From Eledone cirrhosa (taxonomy: Eukaryota), in contig OZ024740.1 of NCBI GenBank assembly GCA_964016885.1, positions 58,280,001-58,344,000 of the forward strand: a stretch of 64,000 nt of DNA, read 5' to 3'. The translations under genes and the position numbers were made by a program. Shown here in pieces: positions 11,079-23,579 of the stretch. Positions within the stretch are counted from its first letter, which is position 1; the number at the start of each line of letters is the position of its first letter. The notes beneath the pieces are model-generated. The model worked only from the letters and a program-made list of their open reading frames with translations. It was not told the origin of the DNA and searched no databases.

Positions 11079-11543
11079 ACATACATATATATATATGTAT
11101 GTGTATATGTGTGTGTATAATTGTATACGTTTGTGTGTGCGTGTTTGTGCATGTATTTGTGTATGTGTATGTATGTGTTTGTATATGTATATTTATGTGT
11201 GAGAGTGTGTATGTATTTACTATTTCCTACATATGTATACGTGCATTTGTGTGTATTACTTACCACGCGTGTCTGTTAATCTACCCGCCGTTTGTATCGC
11301 TGTCAACTCTATAATAATCTTTATTATTATTTTATTTTTTTTATATATATTTTTTTTTATATTTATTTGCATGTGTGAATATGTAGAGGAGTGTATATTT
11401 TTCTAATTTTGTACATGTATATGTACGCATTTATGTATGTGTATGTATGTACGTGTGTATATATGTATGATTGTGTGTATGTATGTATGTATGTATATGT
11501 ATGTGTGCATGGCTATGATTGTGTATGTGTATGCATGTACATA

Positions 11544-11840
11544 TCATCATTCATCATCATTTCATTTTTATGTCCTCTTTTTCCCTGCTTGCAAGGGTGG
11601 GACGGGAACTGATTTGGGCTTGGTTTATACAGCTGGATGCCCTTCCTAACACCAACCTCATTTACAGTGAGTGCTGGGTGCTTTTTTGCCGTGGCACCTG
11701 CACGACCACTCTACAGCTGAGTAAACTGGAGCAATGTGAAATAAAGAGTCTTGCTCAAGGAAACAACACATCACCCAGTCTGAGAATTGAACTCACAACC
11801 TTTCAATTGCAAGGCCAATGCTCTAACCACTAAGCCATGT
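11544..11840 (-). mobile_element. tRNA-derived CORE-type SINE with RTE-derived tail
   Basis: The minus strand has A-box TGGCTTAGTGG, B-box GAGTTCAATTC, a CORE-like TTTCCTTGAGCAAGAC...CCAGTTTACTCAGCTG segment, an RTE 3'-UTR segment and (GAT)n. Confidence 0.8.
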
Positions 11841-12051
11841 CTATATATATATATGTATATATATATTTTTGTTTCTATATGTATGTATGTGTGTATATAT
11901 GTGTGTGTGGTTGTATATATGTATGTGTATGTATGGATGTGTTGATATTTATGTGTGTATGTATGTGTTGATATTTATGTGCATATGTATGTATGTGTAT
12001 ATGTATGTGTATGGGTGTATATATGTGTGTGTGTGTATGTATGAGTGTATG

Positions 12052-12083
<32 letters not shown>

Positions 12084-12384
12084 AGTGTGTATGTATGCTT
12101 TTGTGTGTGTGTGTGTGTGTTTGCATGTGTGGTTTTATTTTATTTTTATTTTCCTTTCTCCGGCCTCACTTTCATATAGATTGCATTTTTGTTTTTTAAA
12201 ATCCAAATTCAATAAACAGACCAGGATTTTTTCATTCTTAGGATTGAAAGCAAAATCTTTTGCTTTTAAGAAACCACTGGTAAATGGAATAATTGCCTTA
12301 TGTTGTTTATTACATAACTATTAAGCTCTGTTACCTACATAGAGCACTCTTTTTTCCTGGACTTTTCCGACGGAATTACTTCAC

Positions 12385-12431
<47 letters not shown>

Positions 12432-12436
12432 CATAC

Positions 12437-12477
<41 letters not shown>

Positions 12478-12525
12478 GCATGCATGCATGCATGCATACA
12501 TACATACATACATACATACATACAT

Positions 12526-13440
12526 CTCTCACCCAGAGAAATCGGAAGATCCTATTCAATGTTCAAACAAGATAAAAAAATTGACCAATTTACAGAAAAA
12601 GTTGTGCATGTATACTTGTGGTGTAAAACACAGACCATAGAGGGGATAAACCACTCAAAAAGCCTGGCATGGAGTTCCGACAAGTCTATGACATCACACC
12701 TTGAGGGATATCTCTATGCAATACAGGAACAAGAACTCCCTACCAAATATCTGCTGCACAAAAGAGGAGGGCCAGCAGCTGACAATAAATGTAGGCTATG
12801 TAAAACAAAGATCGAGGATGTAAGCCACATTGTTGCCAGCTGCGAAAGAATGTCATCTCGCTACTACCTCCCCATGAGACACGATGGGATAGCTAGAACC
12901 ATCTGGAATGCACTTCGGAAAACAAAATTAACAAACGAGGAAGAATATATTGAGACAGATGGCACTAAGGAATACTGGTGGAACCTGAAAATAAAAACTG
13001 CCACCAAATTAAAACACAACCGGCCTGATATTGTAGTTTGGGATCACACATTGGAAACGTGTTCTGTTGTGGAGATCAGCTGCCCACTTGATGTAAACGT
13101 TGTCAGAAAAATACAGGAGAAGGAGGACATCTACGGACCATTGATGAGGAATTTACAAATCCAGTATCCAAGATACACCTTTAGCTTCATACGCATCATT
13201 ATTGGTGCTACGGGTTATATACCAACCCGCTTGGACCAAAGTATGACTGAACTTGGATTTGTGGACAAAAAGCGCAGCTCCCTAATTCATAGTCTACAAA
13301 TGGCTGCGATAGCTGGCACCTTCAAAATTTGCAAAACATTCTTGCGATTCAAGGGATGACAATTTCTTTTCTTTTACAACCTTGCCACCAGGAAGGTGGC
13401 CGGTCAAAAAAATATACTCGAAATTAAGAGAAAGAGAAAA
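12526..13440 (+). mobile_element. 5'-truncated R4/Dong-like non-LTR retrotransposon (restriction-like endonuclease)
   Basis: Open frame to 13359 with EGYLYAIQEQ, CCHC knuckle CRLC-x8-H-x4-C, RHD, and RPD..E..K nuclease motifs. It has an ~80-bp 3' UTR and is flanked on both sides by (TACA)n. Confidence 0.88.
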
Positions 13441-13489
13441 CATACATACCTACATACATACGTACATACATACATACATACATACATAC

Positions 13490-13636
13490 ATGGTGGCTGC
13501 CAACTCATTTTCGAGTACGACCACTACTTTATATTCATGTAGGAGAACCCCTACCGATGCGCTGAACGAGTGTGACTTTTTAGTCCAGCCTGCGACATGA
13601 GAACTCTGGTACAAACACTACACTTGTGACAATTAT
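13490..13636 (-). mobile_element. Bipartite RTE-derived element, copy 2 (3' end only)
   Basis: Matches the reverse complement of ~5531-5677. Has an (ATGT)n tail. Confidence 0.85.
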
Positions 13637-14409
13637 CCACTGATGCCTTCAGCATTTCAGCAACTATTCCTGATGGTCCAGCAGCCTTACTATTTTTCAT
13701 TTCCTTAATCGCCTCATGGACCCTATATTCGTCAATCTCAATAGCTGGTCCCTCTGTCGGATCTACTAAGGGTAATTTCTCTCTCTCCCATTCGTTCTCC
13801 ACATTCATCAGTCTCTCATCATGTCATTTCCAGGCCTCCTTTTTCCGATCATTCGTGACACTAAGTACACCGGCATCATCCCGGACACATTTATCTCCAA
13901 CAACATCCTGATTTGCATTGACACACTGCCTTGCAATGTGGAAGACCGCACCCCTCTGATCTTCCCATCGCAGAACATTGGCAAACCTCCTACTCTCCGC
14001 CTCCCTGCGTGCTAAGTACACCTGACGTCTAGCTTCTCTCTTAATGGCTGTATATTCTTCCCTACTCCCACCCTTTTTCCAAGCCTTCCATGCTAGTCTT
14101 TTGTCTCTAATGGCCTTATCTACTGTGCTGTTCCACCACCAGGTCACTCTCTGTCTGGTTGGAGATGATTGTCAGTAGTCTCCTGCCTACAACTAATCTA
14201 AGCTTAATTATTCGATTACTAACTCGAACTACCTCTATTGTCTTTATTGATCCATCTCTCAGCCAGGAAAATGCCTACTCCCCCTAACCCATCATCCTTA
14301 CCTACCCAGAATAGCTTATAGCTAAGACTTTTGCCTACGACTAGTCTCGCAGAGGCATCTCTCCATCTCACCTCTTGCACGCAGCACACATCCACATGCC
14401 TTCTCTCCA
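13637..14409 (-). mobile_element. Internally deleted RTE LINE fragment (another subfamily)
   Basis: Peptides [16 protein letters not shown] (APE start), TWWWNSTVDKAI and KAAGPSGIVAEMLKAS, joined across deletions and frameshifts. Confidence 0.85.
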
Positions 14410-14429
14410 TATATATATATATATATATA

Positions 14430-14465
<36 letters not shown>

Positions 14466-14511
14466 TATATACATACATACATACATACATATATATACAT
14501 ACATACATACA

Positions 14512-14547
<36 letters not shown>

Positions 14548-14559
14548 TACATACATACA

Positions 14560-14599
<40 letters not shown>

Positions 14600-14626
14600 T
14601 ACATACATACATACATATATATATAT

Positions 14627-15151
14627 ATGGTGGCTGCCAACTCGTTTTCGAGTACGGCCACTACTTTATATCCATGTAGGAGAACCCCTACCGATGCGCT
14701 GAACGAGTGTGACTTTTTAGTCCAGCCAGCGACTTGAAAACTCTGGTACAAACACTACACTTGTGATAATTAGAGCAGAGAGATCTCCAGATATAAAGCA
14801 ATGCCTGTGCCGTGAAGCTTTCATAGTGAGCAAAGGCACTGCACAAAGCCAGTCCCACTCTCTTAACAAAGATGATATGTACCAAAAAGAAGAACAAGTC
14901 AACATCATTGGATACCATCAGGGTTGCAGGTGTTATATCAGAGTTTTCCTTCTCCTAGAATTTTGCCTTAACAAAGGCTAAGGGGTCATCTTTCTCGGTG
15001 ATTTTGGATGGCCATTGTCTCTTAAGAACTCCTTTGCCCTTTGACAGGTTTTGTTTTTAGTCCTGCAGGATGTCCAAAGTCACCCTCCTCACCAAGAAAC
15101 CTTGGTGGGGTTGCCAGTTTAGTCGCCAACGACCCGACCATGAGACAGGTT
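14627..15151 (-). mobile_element. Bipartite RTE-derived element, copy 3
   Basis: Matches copies 1 and 5, with a ~40-bp internal deletion near 14772. Flanked by TA/TACA repeats. Confidence 0.88.
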
Positions 15152-15770
15152 ATATATGCATATATATACATATACACATACATATACATATATATACACA
15201 TATACATATATATACTCATACACAGATATTCACATACATATACATATATACACATATATACCCTTTCTAGCAGTCTCTCTCTCTGTTAGCCTCTTCCTCA
15301 CCCTTCACTCACTCATTCTCTGTCACTACCTCTCCTCCTCCTCTTTCTTCCCGTTTGACCTGTGAGTAATTCTTTTCTCTCACATTCTCGGCCAAGCTGG
15401 TCGGAATTTTTTCTCTCTCTACGATTTCACAGAACTTATGTTTACCGAATTCGCAGACCAGACCCCTTCTTCCTCCCGTTAGACCTGTGCAAAATTCCTT
15501 CCTTGCTCACATTTCAACCAGGTTTGATGGTCTTTATTCTCTCGTTCACGATTTCACCGAACTTAAATTCATAGAAATCTGGGACTTGTCTCTTTCTTCC
15601 TCACTTTCTGTTGCTCCACCATTTTGTTTGTTTACCCTCGCGTCCCCTTTATTTACGTGTCCCAACGACTTTTTTTAGCCGTTGCTCGCACCAACCGGAG
15701 GTATATGGTCTTTAAAGCGATGAAATGCCTATGATAGTTGGAAGATCACTGATGAAGGACAAACTTTTTT

Positions 15771-16470
15771 CATATATATATATATACATACATATATATA
15801 TATATATACATATACATATACATACACATATACATACACATATACATACACATATACATGCACATATACACACATATATACACACACACATACACACATA
15901 CATATATATATATATATACATATATATATACATATATATATACATATACATATATACATACATATACACATACATATACATATACATATACATACACATA
16001 TACACACATATATACATACACACATACATATATATATATATACATATATATACATATATACAATATATATACACACATACATACATATACACATATATAT
16101 ATACACATACACATACATATACATACATACACACATACATACATATATACATATACATATACATATATACACACATATACATATATATACACATATACAT
16201 ACATACACACATATACACATATATACACATATAGATATACATATACATACATGTATATATATATATATACATATGTTCACATATACGGATACATACATAT
16301 ATATATATATACATATACACATACATACATATACACACATATATATACACACACATATACACATACATATATACATACATATACACATACATATATACAT
16401 ACATATACATATATATATACACATATATATATACACATATACACACATACACATACATACATATACACAT

Positions 16471-16503
<33 letters not shown>

Positions 16504-16518
16504 TACATACATACATAC
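15771..16518. repeat. Compound (TA)/(CA)/(TACA) microsatellite
   Basis: About 750 bp of alternating purine-pyrimidine sequence. Similar tracts lie at ~300-420, 11079-11240, 11842-12120, 12383-12525 and 14410-14626. Confidence 0.95.
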
Positions 16519-16929
16519 ATGGTGGCTGCCAACTCGTTTTCGAGTACGGCCACTACTTTATATCCATGTAGGAGAATTCCTACCGATGCGCTGAACGACT
16601 GTGACTTATTAGTCCAGCCAGCGACTTAAAAACTCTGGTACAAACACTACACTTGTGACAATTATTGACACATGGTGCTGGGCCCATGGTACCATATGAC
16701 GAGAAGTGCAGAGAGATTTCCAGATATAAAGCAATGCCTGGGCCGTGAAGCTTTTATAGTGAGCAAAGGCACTGCACAAAGCCAGTCCCACTCTCTTAAC
16801 CAAGATGATATTTACCAAAAAGAAGAACAAGTCAACATCATTGGATACCATCAGGGTTGCAGGTGTTATATCAGAGTTTTCCTTCTCCTAGAATTCTGCC
16901 TTGACAAAGGCTAAGGGGTCATCTCTCCC
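16519..16929 (-). mobile_element. Bipartite RTE-derived element, copy 4 (5'-truncated)
   Basis: Matches copy 5. The two are head-to-tail, separated by a short (TACA)n run. Confidence 0.88.
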
Positions 16930-16945
16930 TTACATACATACATAC

Positions 16946-17541
16946 ATGGTGGCTGCCAACTCGTTTTCGAGTACGGCCACTACTTTATATCCATGTAGGA
17001 GAACCCCTACCGATGCGCTGAACGAGTGTGACTTTTTAGTCCAGCCAGCGACTTGAAAACTCTGGTACAAACACTACACTTGTGACAATTATTGACACAT
17101 AGTGCTTTGCCCTTGGTACCATGTGACGAGAAGTGCAAAGAGATCTCCAGATATAAAGCAATGCCTGTGCCGTGAAGCTTTTATAGTGAGCAAAGGCACT
17201 GCACAAAGCCAGTCCCACTCTCTTAACCATGATGATATTTACCAAAAAGAAGAACAAGTCAACATCATTGGATACCATCAGGGTTGCAGGTGTTATATCA
17301 GAGTTTTCCTTCTCCTAGAATTCTGCCTTGACAAAGGCTAAGGGGTCATCTCTCCCAGTGATTTTGGATGGCCATTGACCCTTAAGAGCTCCTTTGCCCT
17401 TTGACAGGTTTTGTTTTTAGTCCTGCAGGATGTCCAAAGTCACCCTCCTCACCAAGAAACCTTGGTGGGGTTGCCAGTTTAGTCGCCAACGACCCGACCA
17501 TGGGACAGGTTGTACTGGGATACATGTTACCAGTAGCACCA
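16946..17541 (-). mobile_element. Bipartite RTE-derived element, copy 5 (longest colinear copy)
   Basis: The minus strand starts GGTGCTACTGGTAACATGTATCCCAGTACAACCTGTCCCATGGTCGGG and ends GCAGCCACC(ATGT)n. Confidence 0.88.
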
Positions 17542-17563
17542 CATACATGCATACATACATACA

Positions 17564-17616
<53 letters not shown>

Positions 17617-17627
17617 TGATGTGATTC

Positions 17628-17905
17628 CTCAGACTGGGTGATGTGTTGTTTCCTTGAGCAAGACACTTTATTTCACATTGCTCCAGTTTACTCAGCTGTA
17701 GAAATGAGATGATAGGGACTGGGGTCACTATCATTCCATTGCAAAGTGGTCGTGGAGGTACTACGGTAAAAAAGCACCCAGCACTCACTGTAAATGAGGT
17801 TGGTGTTAGGAAGGGCATCCAGCTGTAGAAATCAAGCCAGAATCAGTTCCCATCCCACCCTTGCAAGCAGGGAAAAGCGGACGTAAAATGATGATGATGA
17901 TGATG
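17628..17905 (+). mobile_element. 5'-truncated CORE-type SINE with RTE-derived tail
   Basis: Same CORE-like and tail sequence as 28586-28909. Ends in (GAT)n. Confidence 0.8.
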
Positions 17906-17982
17906 TGTGTAGTAGTAGGAGTAATAACTTATAGGCTATCCAAGGTGTATAGCCACTCAAACCTCAGGCCAAGTTTTAATAT

Positions 17983-18142
17983 ATTATTATTAAGAACAGT
18001 ACTATAACGAAGACATAACAAGAAAGCACATTTCATTGGCTGGACAAACTTTTTGACCTAAACACAGGTTGAAAAGTTAGTCCAGCCAACAAAACATGCA
18101 CTCCTGTTATATCTTCATTGTAGTATTGGGCTTAATAATAAT
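17983..18142. repeat. Imperfect palindromic (foldback) element
   Basis: ATTATTATTAAG...TTGGCTGGAC.AACTTTT is mirrored by AAAAGTT.GTCCAGCCAA...CTTAATAATAAT. Confidence 0.8.
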
Positions 18143-18345
18143 GATTTCTAGTATAGGCACAAGGCCAGTAATTTGGGGGGAGGGGAAAGTCAATTAAATC
18201 GACCCCAGTACGTTACTGGTGCTTTATTTTATCGATCCCGTAAGGATGAAAGGCAAAGTTAACCTCAGCAGGATTTGAACTCAGACCGTAACTCTATGCT
18301 GCAAAGCATGGTGTCCAACTCTACCGATACAGCCAATCCATTGCC
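18143..18345 (-). mobile_element. tRNA-derived SINE with Meta-like core
   Basis: The minus strand has GAGTTCAAATCC and TTTGCCTTTCATCCTTACGGGATCGATAAAATAAAGCACC. Confidence 0.72.
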
Positions 18346-18492
18346 TTTACTCATAACCATAACAATATCAGCAGATGACACCATGCTGGAATGAATGCTA
18401 ACTACACGTGCTCTTTTGGTGTCACGTGAACAGTAAAGAGGTTGGGTATGACTCCGCCATATATAACCTGATTGACTATGCATGCAACCAGT

Positions 18493-19160
18493 TTAGTTCC
18501 TACTTCTCCTGATGCTTTCAGCAACTCTCCCTGACGGTCCAATGGCCTTACCACTTTTTATTTTGTTAATTGTCTCTTTGACCCTATAGTTGTCAACCTC
18601 AATAGCTGGTCCCTCCATTGGGTCTGTCGAAGGTAGTTTCTCTCTCTCACATTCATTCTCAACATTCATCAGACTCTCATAATGACATTTCCAGGCCTCC
18701 TTATTTTGAGCATCAGTAACGTTAACTGCACCAGCATCTTTTCGGACACACTTATCTGCAACAACGGCCTGATTTACACTGACACACTGCCTTGCAATGC
18801 GGAACACCTCGTGTCTCTGATCCTCTCATTGCAGAACATTGGCAAACCTCCTACTCTCAACTTCTCTGCATGCTAAGTATATCTGACGTATAGCCTCTCT
18901 TTTATCGGCTGAGTATTAGTCTCTACTCCCCCCCCCCCATTTTTCCAAGCCTTCCATGCTTTTCTTTTGTCTTTAATGGCTCTATCTACCATGCTGTTCC
19001 ACCACCAAGTCACCCTCTGTCTGTTTGGAGCTTTGCTCCAGTCACAAGTCTCTTCTGTTGCATGCAGTAGGTTGTCTCATGAGAACTTACAGTTATCTTC
19101 TATGTCATAGAATTCTAATTTGTCTTCTTTCTCATCATACACATCTTGAAGGGCTTTCCT
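18493..19160 (-). mobile_element. Decayed RTE LINE fragment (APE-RT linker)
   Basis: FRIARQCV, EAWKCHYESLMNVENE and KAIGPSG, homologous to the 1039-aa ORF. Confidence 0.85.
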
Positions 19161-20884
19161 AATATATATATATATTTTCTGTCTGCTTTTCAATGTTGGT
19201 ATGGGTTTGATGGGAAGTTTTGAGCCAGTGTGTTATGGCTTGATACTCTTTCTGATGCCAGCCTTTTTTATCATCTCTCACAACCTTCAGTTATATGGTG
19301 TACATATTCTAAACACTGGGATACTTATTTTGTTATATCATTTATATTCTGAGTTCAAATCACCCTGATCAAATCACCCTGACCATCTTTCTGAGTGTGT
19401 TAAAGTACCAGTTAAATACTTGGGTTGATTTAATTGACTACCAAACTTTGTAGTCTTGCACCATAGTTAGAATTCATTATTGATTATGTAAAACCATGAA
19501 ATCACAAACTAATTAATGTTATTTTATTATGAAAGAAAAAAGAAAATCGTGCAGCTCATCTTTATACAAAGTTACAAAACTGTTCCAGAAACTTCAAATA
19601 TCTTTTTATATTCAGCGTTTTTCAGCAATGATTAGATAATTTGAAGTTTGTACAAAACCAGTTGATACCAGTTTGCTTGACATCACTGTAATTAGGACGA
19701 GCAGCAACAATTAAATCAACTTTTGTTTTTGTCATTCTAGATTTAGGTTTGAAGACTTTGTTTAACAATCAGACCATTTTACAGTTTTGAGTTTTTCTAT
19801 GCTATCTTTAATAGGGTGGGTTCTCTAAAATTTGGACAAATGCATATTGCTAGAAAACCATTTCTGAATGTCCTTCCTGCTATAAATCATTCAGGACTGA
19901 AAGCTAAAGCCTAGGGAGGCTAGATGGATGTGTAATGTTAGTGTGCTTCAGCAACATAGCATAAACAATCTGAGGGAAAACTTTGCATAAGGGGAACTGG
20001 ATGTAGCATGCAAGGGAGAAGACTGCATTGCTTCCTCATCACTTCTTCAACCTCACTGCACATTCTCCCCATTCCTAGCAGCTGCCCACCTCTGATGAAA
20101 GAATTGGTGATGGTAAGGGCATCCAGCCATAGAGGGCTAAACAAAAAAAATGTAGGGAGGACCCTTCAGTCATGTCAAGGACATGACATCCTCCTAGTGT
20201 TTGATGATCTACATGATATACCCACCCAGTACACTCAAAGTGGTTGGTTATAGAAAGGGCAACCAGCTATAAAAAGCTTGCCAAACAAAGGGTCAAGAGG
20301 ACCCTTCAGCCATATCATGGATACAACAACCTCCCTTGAGTTGATGATCAATACGATAAACACACCCTGTACATGTTATAAAGTGGTTGGTGATAGGAAG
20401 GACATCCAGCCATAGAAATCTTGTCAAACAAAAGGGTTGACAGGCCCTTAATTGTGTCAAAGACAGAACAACCTCGCCTATGCACTCAGTGGAGCATTGA
20501 TTGTACATAAAGCAAGAGACATGTCCCTGGCCTGCCGAAGTGATAAGTGGCTACACTTCACTACTGACTTGCTCTGTGTAGATCTGTTCAATTCTTGCTA
20601 GCAGAGAAAGAAGACATAAAAACAATGATGATATTATTTAGTTATCATAAAATTCTTGTGATGCTCAGAAGTTTTTCTAAAAGAGATCCTGTTCTCCAAT
20701 AATTTATGTATGATGATAAAAAAATGGATGTAAAATTATGTGTTCAGGTGGTTTATTCTCTTTTAAGCTGATCTTGGTATATGGATTCGGGCAGTATAAT
20801 GAATTTTTTCCATTTACCATATACTCCACATTCACTTTGTTGAAATACACTTAAAACTAATAACATCCTTCATAATCTTTGTAT

Positions 20885-21033
20885 TCATCATCATCATCAT
20901 CATCAACGTTTAACGTCCGTGTTCCACGCTTGCATGGGTTTGGACGGGGGTAGTCCCACTTGAGGCAAGAGTGATTGTCTTGCTCGCATAGGACTGTCTG
21001 GCAGGTTTTCTACAGTTGGATGCCCTTCCTAAC
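20885..21033 (-). mobile_element. 3' tail of RTE subfamily B
   Basis: Matches 7074-7208. Has a (GAT)n tail. Confidence 0.8.
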
Positions 21034-21047
21034 CTGTATTATATATA

Positions 21048-21175
21048 TATATTATAAAGAGTCAGAGCACCAACTGCTGAGCTCTTGCCGTTCCAACAGC
21101 TGTTGTGTCCAGGTTGGAATGACCTGTTGAAACAACAAGAGCTCAGCCATCAGGGTCCTGACTCTTTATAATATA
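21048..21175. repeat. Imperfect palindromic element
   Basis: TATATTATAAAGAGTCAG...GCTGAGCTCTTG is mirrored by CAAGAGCTCAGC...CTGACTCTTTATAATATA. Confidence 0.8.
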
Positions 21176-21475
21176 ACCATACTCTACTACCCCAAGTATC
21201 AAGTACTCTGGTGAGTTATGGTTTAACCAGTTTCAAACTAAATTCTTCCTGATTTATATATATATATATACACACACATATCATCATCATCATCATCATC
21301 ATAATTTAATGTCCATTTTCCATGCTAGCATGAGTAAGATGGGCTGTCGCTTTGTGAGAGATCAGGTCAGAGGACTGTGTCAGAACTGATTTTGGCTTGG
21401 TTTCTACATCTCAATGCCTTTCCTAACACCAACCACACTTATAGTGTATGCTGGGCGCTCTTTTCATGACACCAC

Positions 21476-22075
21476 AGCAAAGCATAAACGAATTGAGAGA
21501 GAGACTGAGCATAAGAGGAATCAAATGCTGTGTGCAGGAGAGGAGGTTGCGTTGGTATGGACATGTGATGCGTATGAAGGATGACAGCTGCATAAAAAGG
21601 TGCAGAGCACTAGAAGTCGATGGAGGCCGCAGAGCACTAGAAGTCGATGGAGGCCGCAGAGTGGGGAGACCCAAGAAGACCTGGGATGAGGTGATAAAAG
21701 CCGACCTTAACCAATTATGGCCATGACCTCTGGCGTCACGCAGTAATAAAGAAGACCCGACCCCCCACAGGTACAAGCCGAAGCTGAACCATATAGACAA
21801 TATTCCCCCACCCCTTCCCACTGCAAAGTGGTCGTGGAGGTGCCGTGGCAAAAAAGCACCCAGCCCACACTGTAAAGTGGACGTGCCATGGCAAAAAAGC
21901 ACCAAGCACTCACTGTAAATGAGGTTGGTGTTAGGAAGGGCATCCAGCTGTAGAAATCAAGCCAGAATCAGTTCCCGTATGAGCAAGTCATGGTCAGTTG
22001 ATCGGCTACTGCCCACAACAGGACAACCCATCTAACCCATGCTAGCGTGGAAGAACGGACGTAATACAGTGATGA
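21476..22075 (+). mobile_element. 3' fragment of a subfamily-A-related RTE LINE, abutting an older opposite-strand RTE tail (21280-21475)
   Basis: QSINELRERLSIRGIKCCVQERRLRWYGHV, an internal tandem duplication encoding RALEVDGGR twice, and an A-type 3' UTR. Confidence 0.9.
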
Positions 22076-22258
22076 ATAATTGTTTCTACTTTTGGCACAA
22101 GGCCATCAATTACCCCAGTGTATTACTGGTGCCTTATTTTATCGGCCCTGTAAGGATGAAAGGCAAAGTTAACCTCGGCGGGATTTGAACTCGGACCGGC
22201 TGTAACTCTTTGCTGAAAAGCATGGTATCAGACCCCCTACCGATACTGCCAATCCGCC
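22076..22258 (-). mobile_element. tRNA-derived SINE with Meta-like core
   Basis: Minus strand GGCGGATTGGCAGTATCGG (A-box), GAGTTCAAATCC (B-box), GCCTTTCATCCTTACAGGGCCGATAAAAT. Confidence 0.8.
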
Positions 22259-22350
22259 TGTTGAATAATAATAATAATAATAATAACAAAAAGAACTATT
22301 TGTTATGTCTTCATTACGTTTATTGAGTAGTTGCGAGCATTTTGCTATTG

Positions 22351-22384
<34 letters not shown>

Positions 22385-23526
22385 CAATGCCCATGAACCA
22401 TTCCAAGGCTTCCAAAATTTGTAGAAGGGAAGAAGAGAGGAAGGTATCTTCAAATTAGAGACCTTGCTTAAATATTTGTACCAAAATATCATTTGAATCT
22501 CATGGTTTTTGTTCTATATCCGTAAATTAGGAGTTATAGTAAATATGTATAGAGAGGAACATGGTGATTATTCAGTTGTAAAGATTCAAGTTGTGAGCAA
22601 ATGTGGATATTTGTAACAGAAAATTATCAAAACTTAGAAGCAACTTTTCATGATAGCATAGGAGATTTGATGTTAGTCAGTTCAAGCATTACAGTTGACA
22701 TTATTCTAAATGTTTGAATATTTTATTTCTCTTTTGATTTGGGTGTTTTTTTTATCTTAAAGATAAATAAATGATGAATAAAACTATCATTTAACCTTTC
22801 GATTATTTTTGCATAAAATACAATAGAAAGTTCTTTCATATAAATATAGTGTATAAGTTGTGTATAGCCATTATTTATTCACATAATACTCCAACCAAAA
22901 AATAAAGAAAGCCAAATTACAATTTATATTTCTTTGGTTCATAATAGTTGTTATAGAATTACCATCATTACTAATCAGTATTCTCTTTGATGTATTAAAC
23001 AAAATGTTTAGATCTTTTGTATATCATATTTTTATATAACACTTTTCAACTATGACAAAATATGGCAATGTCATGAACAAGGTTGCAGCATATGTGACAA
23101 AGTGGGCCTTACAGGCATACATTACTCCTGGCATTTACTCATAGCAATTGATAAGGTATAACCAAGCTTCATAAGTAAATGAACATATCAAAGGAATAAG
23201 AAATCAGAAAAAAAAAGAGTATATGAGAATATTTATTGCATTTCCTCACAATAATATGTGACTTTATTAGTGCCTTTATTTAAAGATAGCTAATGAATAT
23301 TTTTTACTATATGTGGGCATGTTAAAGATTAAATGTCATTCTTATTAAGGTTACTTCATTGCCATTCTTATTAAGTTGCTGGCACCAACTTTATTAGATG
23401 TAATATAGTTGATCCCACTCCAAGTTACTGTGAAATTTCTTTGTACATATTGAATTTTTCTGTTAATAAATAGCTAAAATTTCTTTTTATATATCCATTT
23501 TGTTGCTCTTTGAGGATATTGTGTTT

Positions 23527-23579
23527 GTTGATACATATGTTGATACATATGTTGATACATATGTTGATACATATGTTGA
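23527..23579. repeat. 12-bp tandem repeat (GTTGATACATAT), about 4.5 units
   Basis: Directly visible. Confidence 0.9.

Noticed and set aside
15712-16629. Long ORFs rich in Y/I/H/T/C/V/M (also at ~133-544, 11063-12199, 14219-14751 and 45592-46051)
   Set aside because: They are translations of TA/CA/TACA microsatellites, which lack stop codons.
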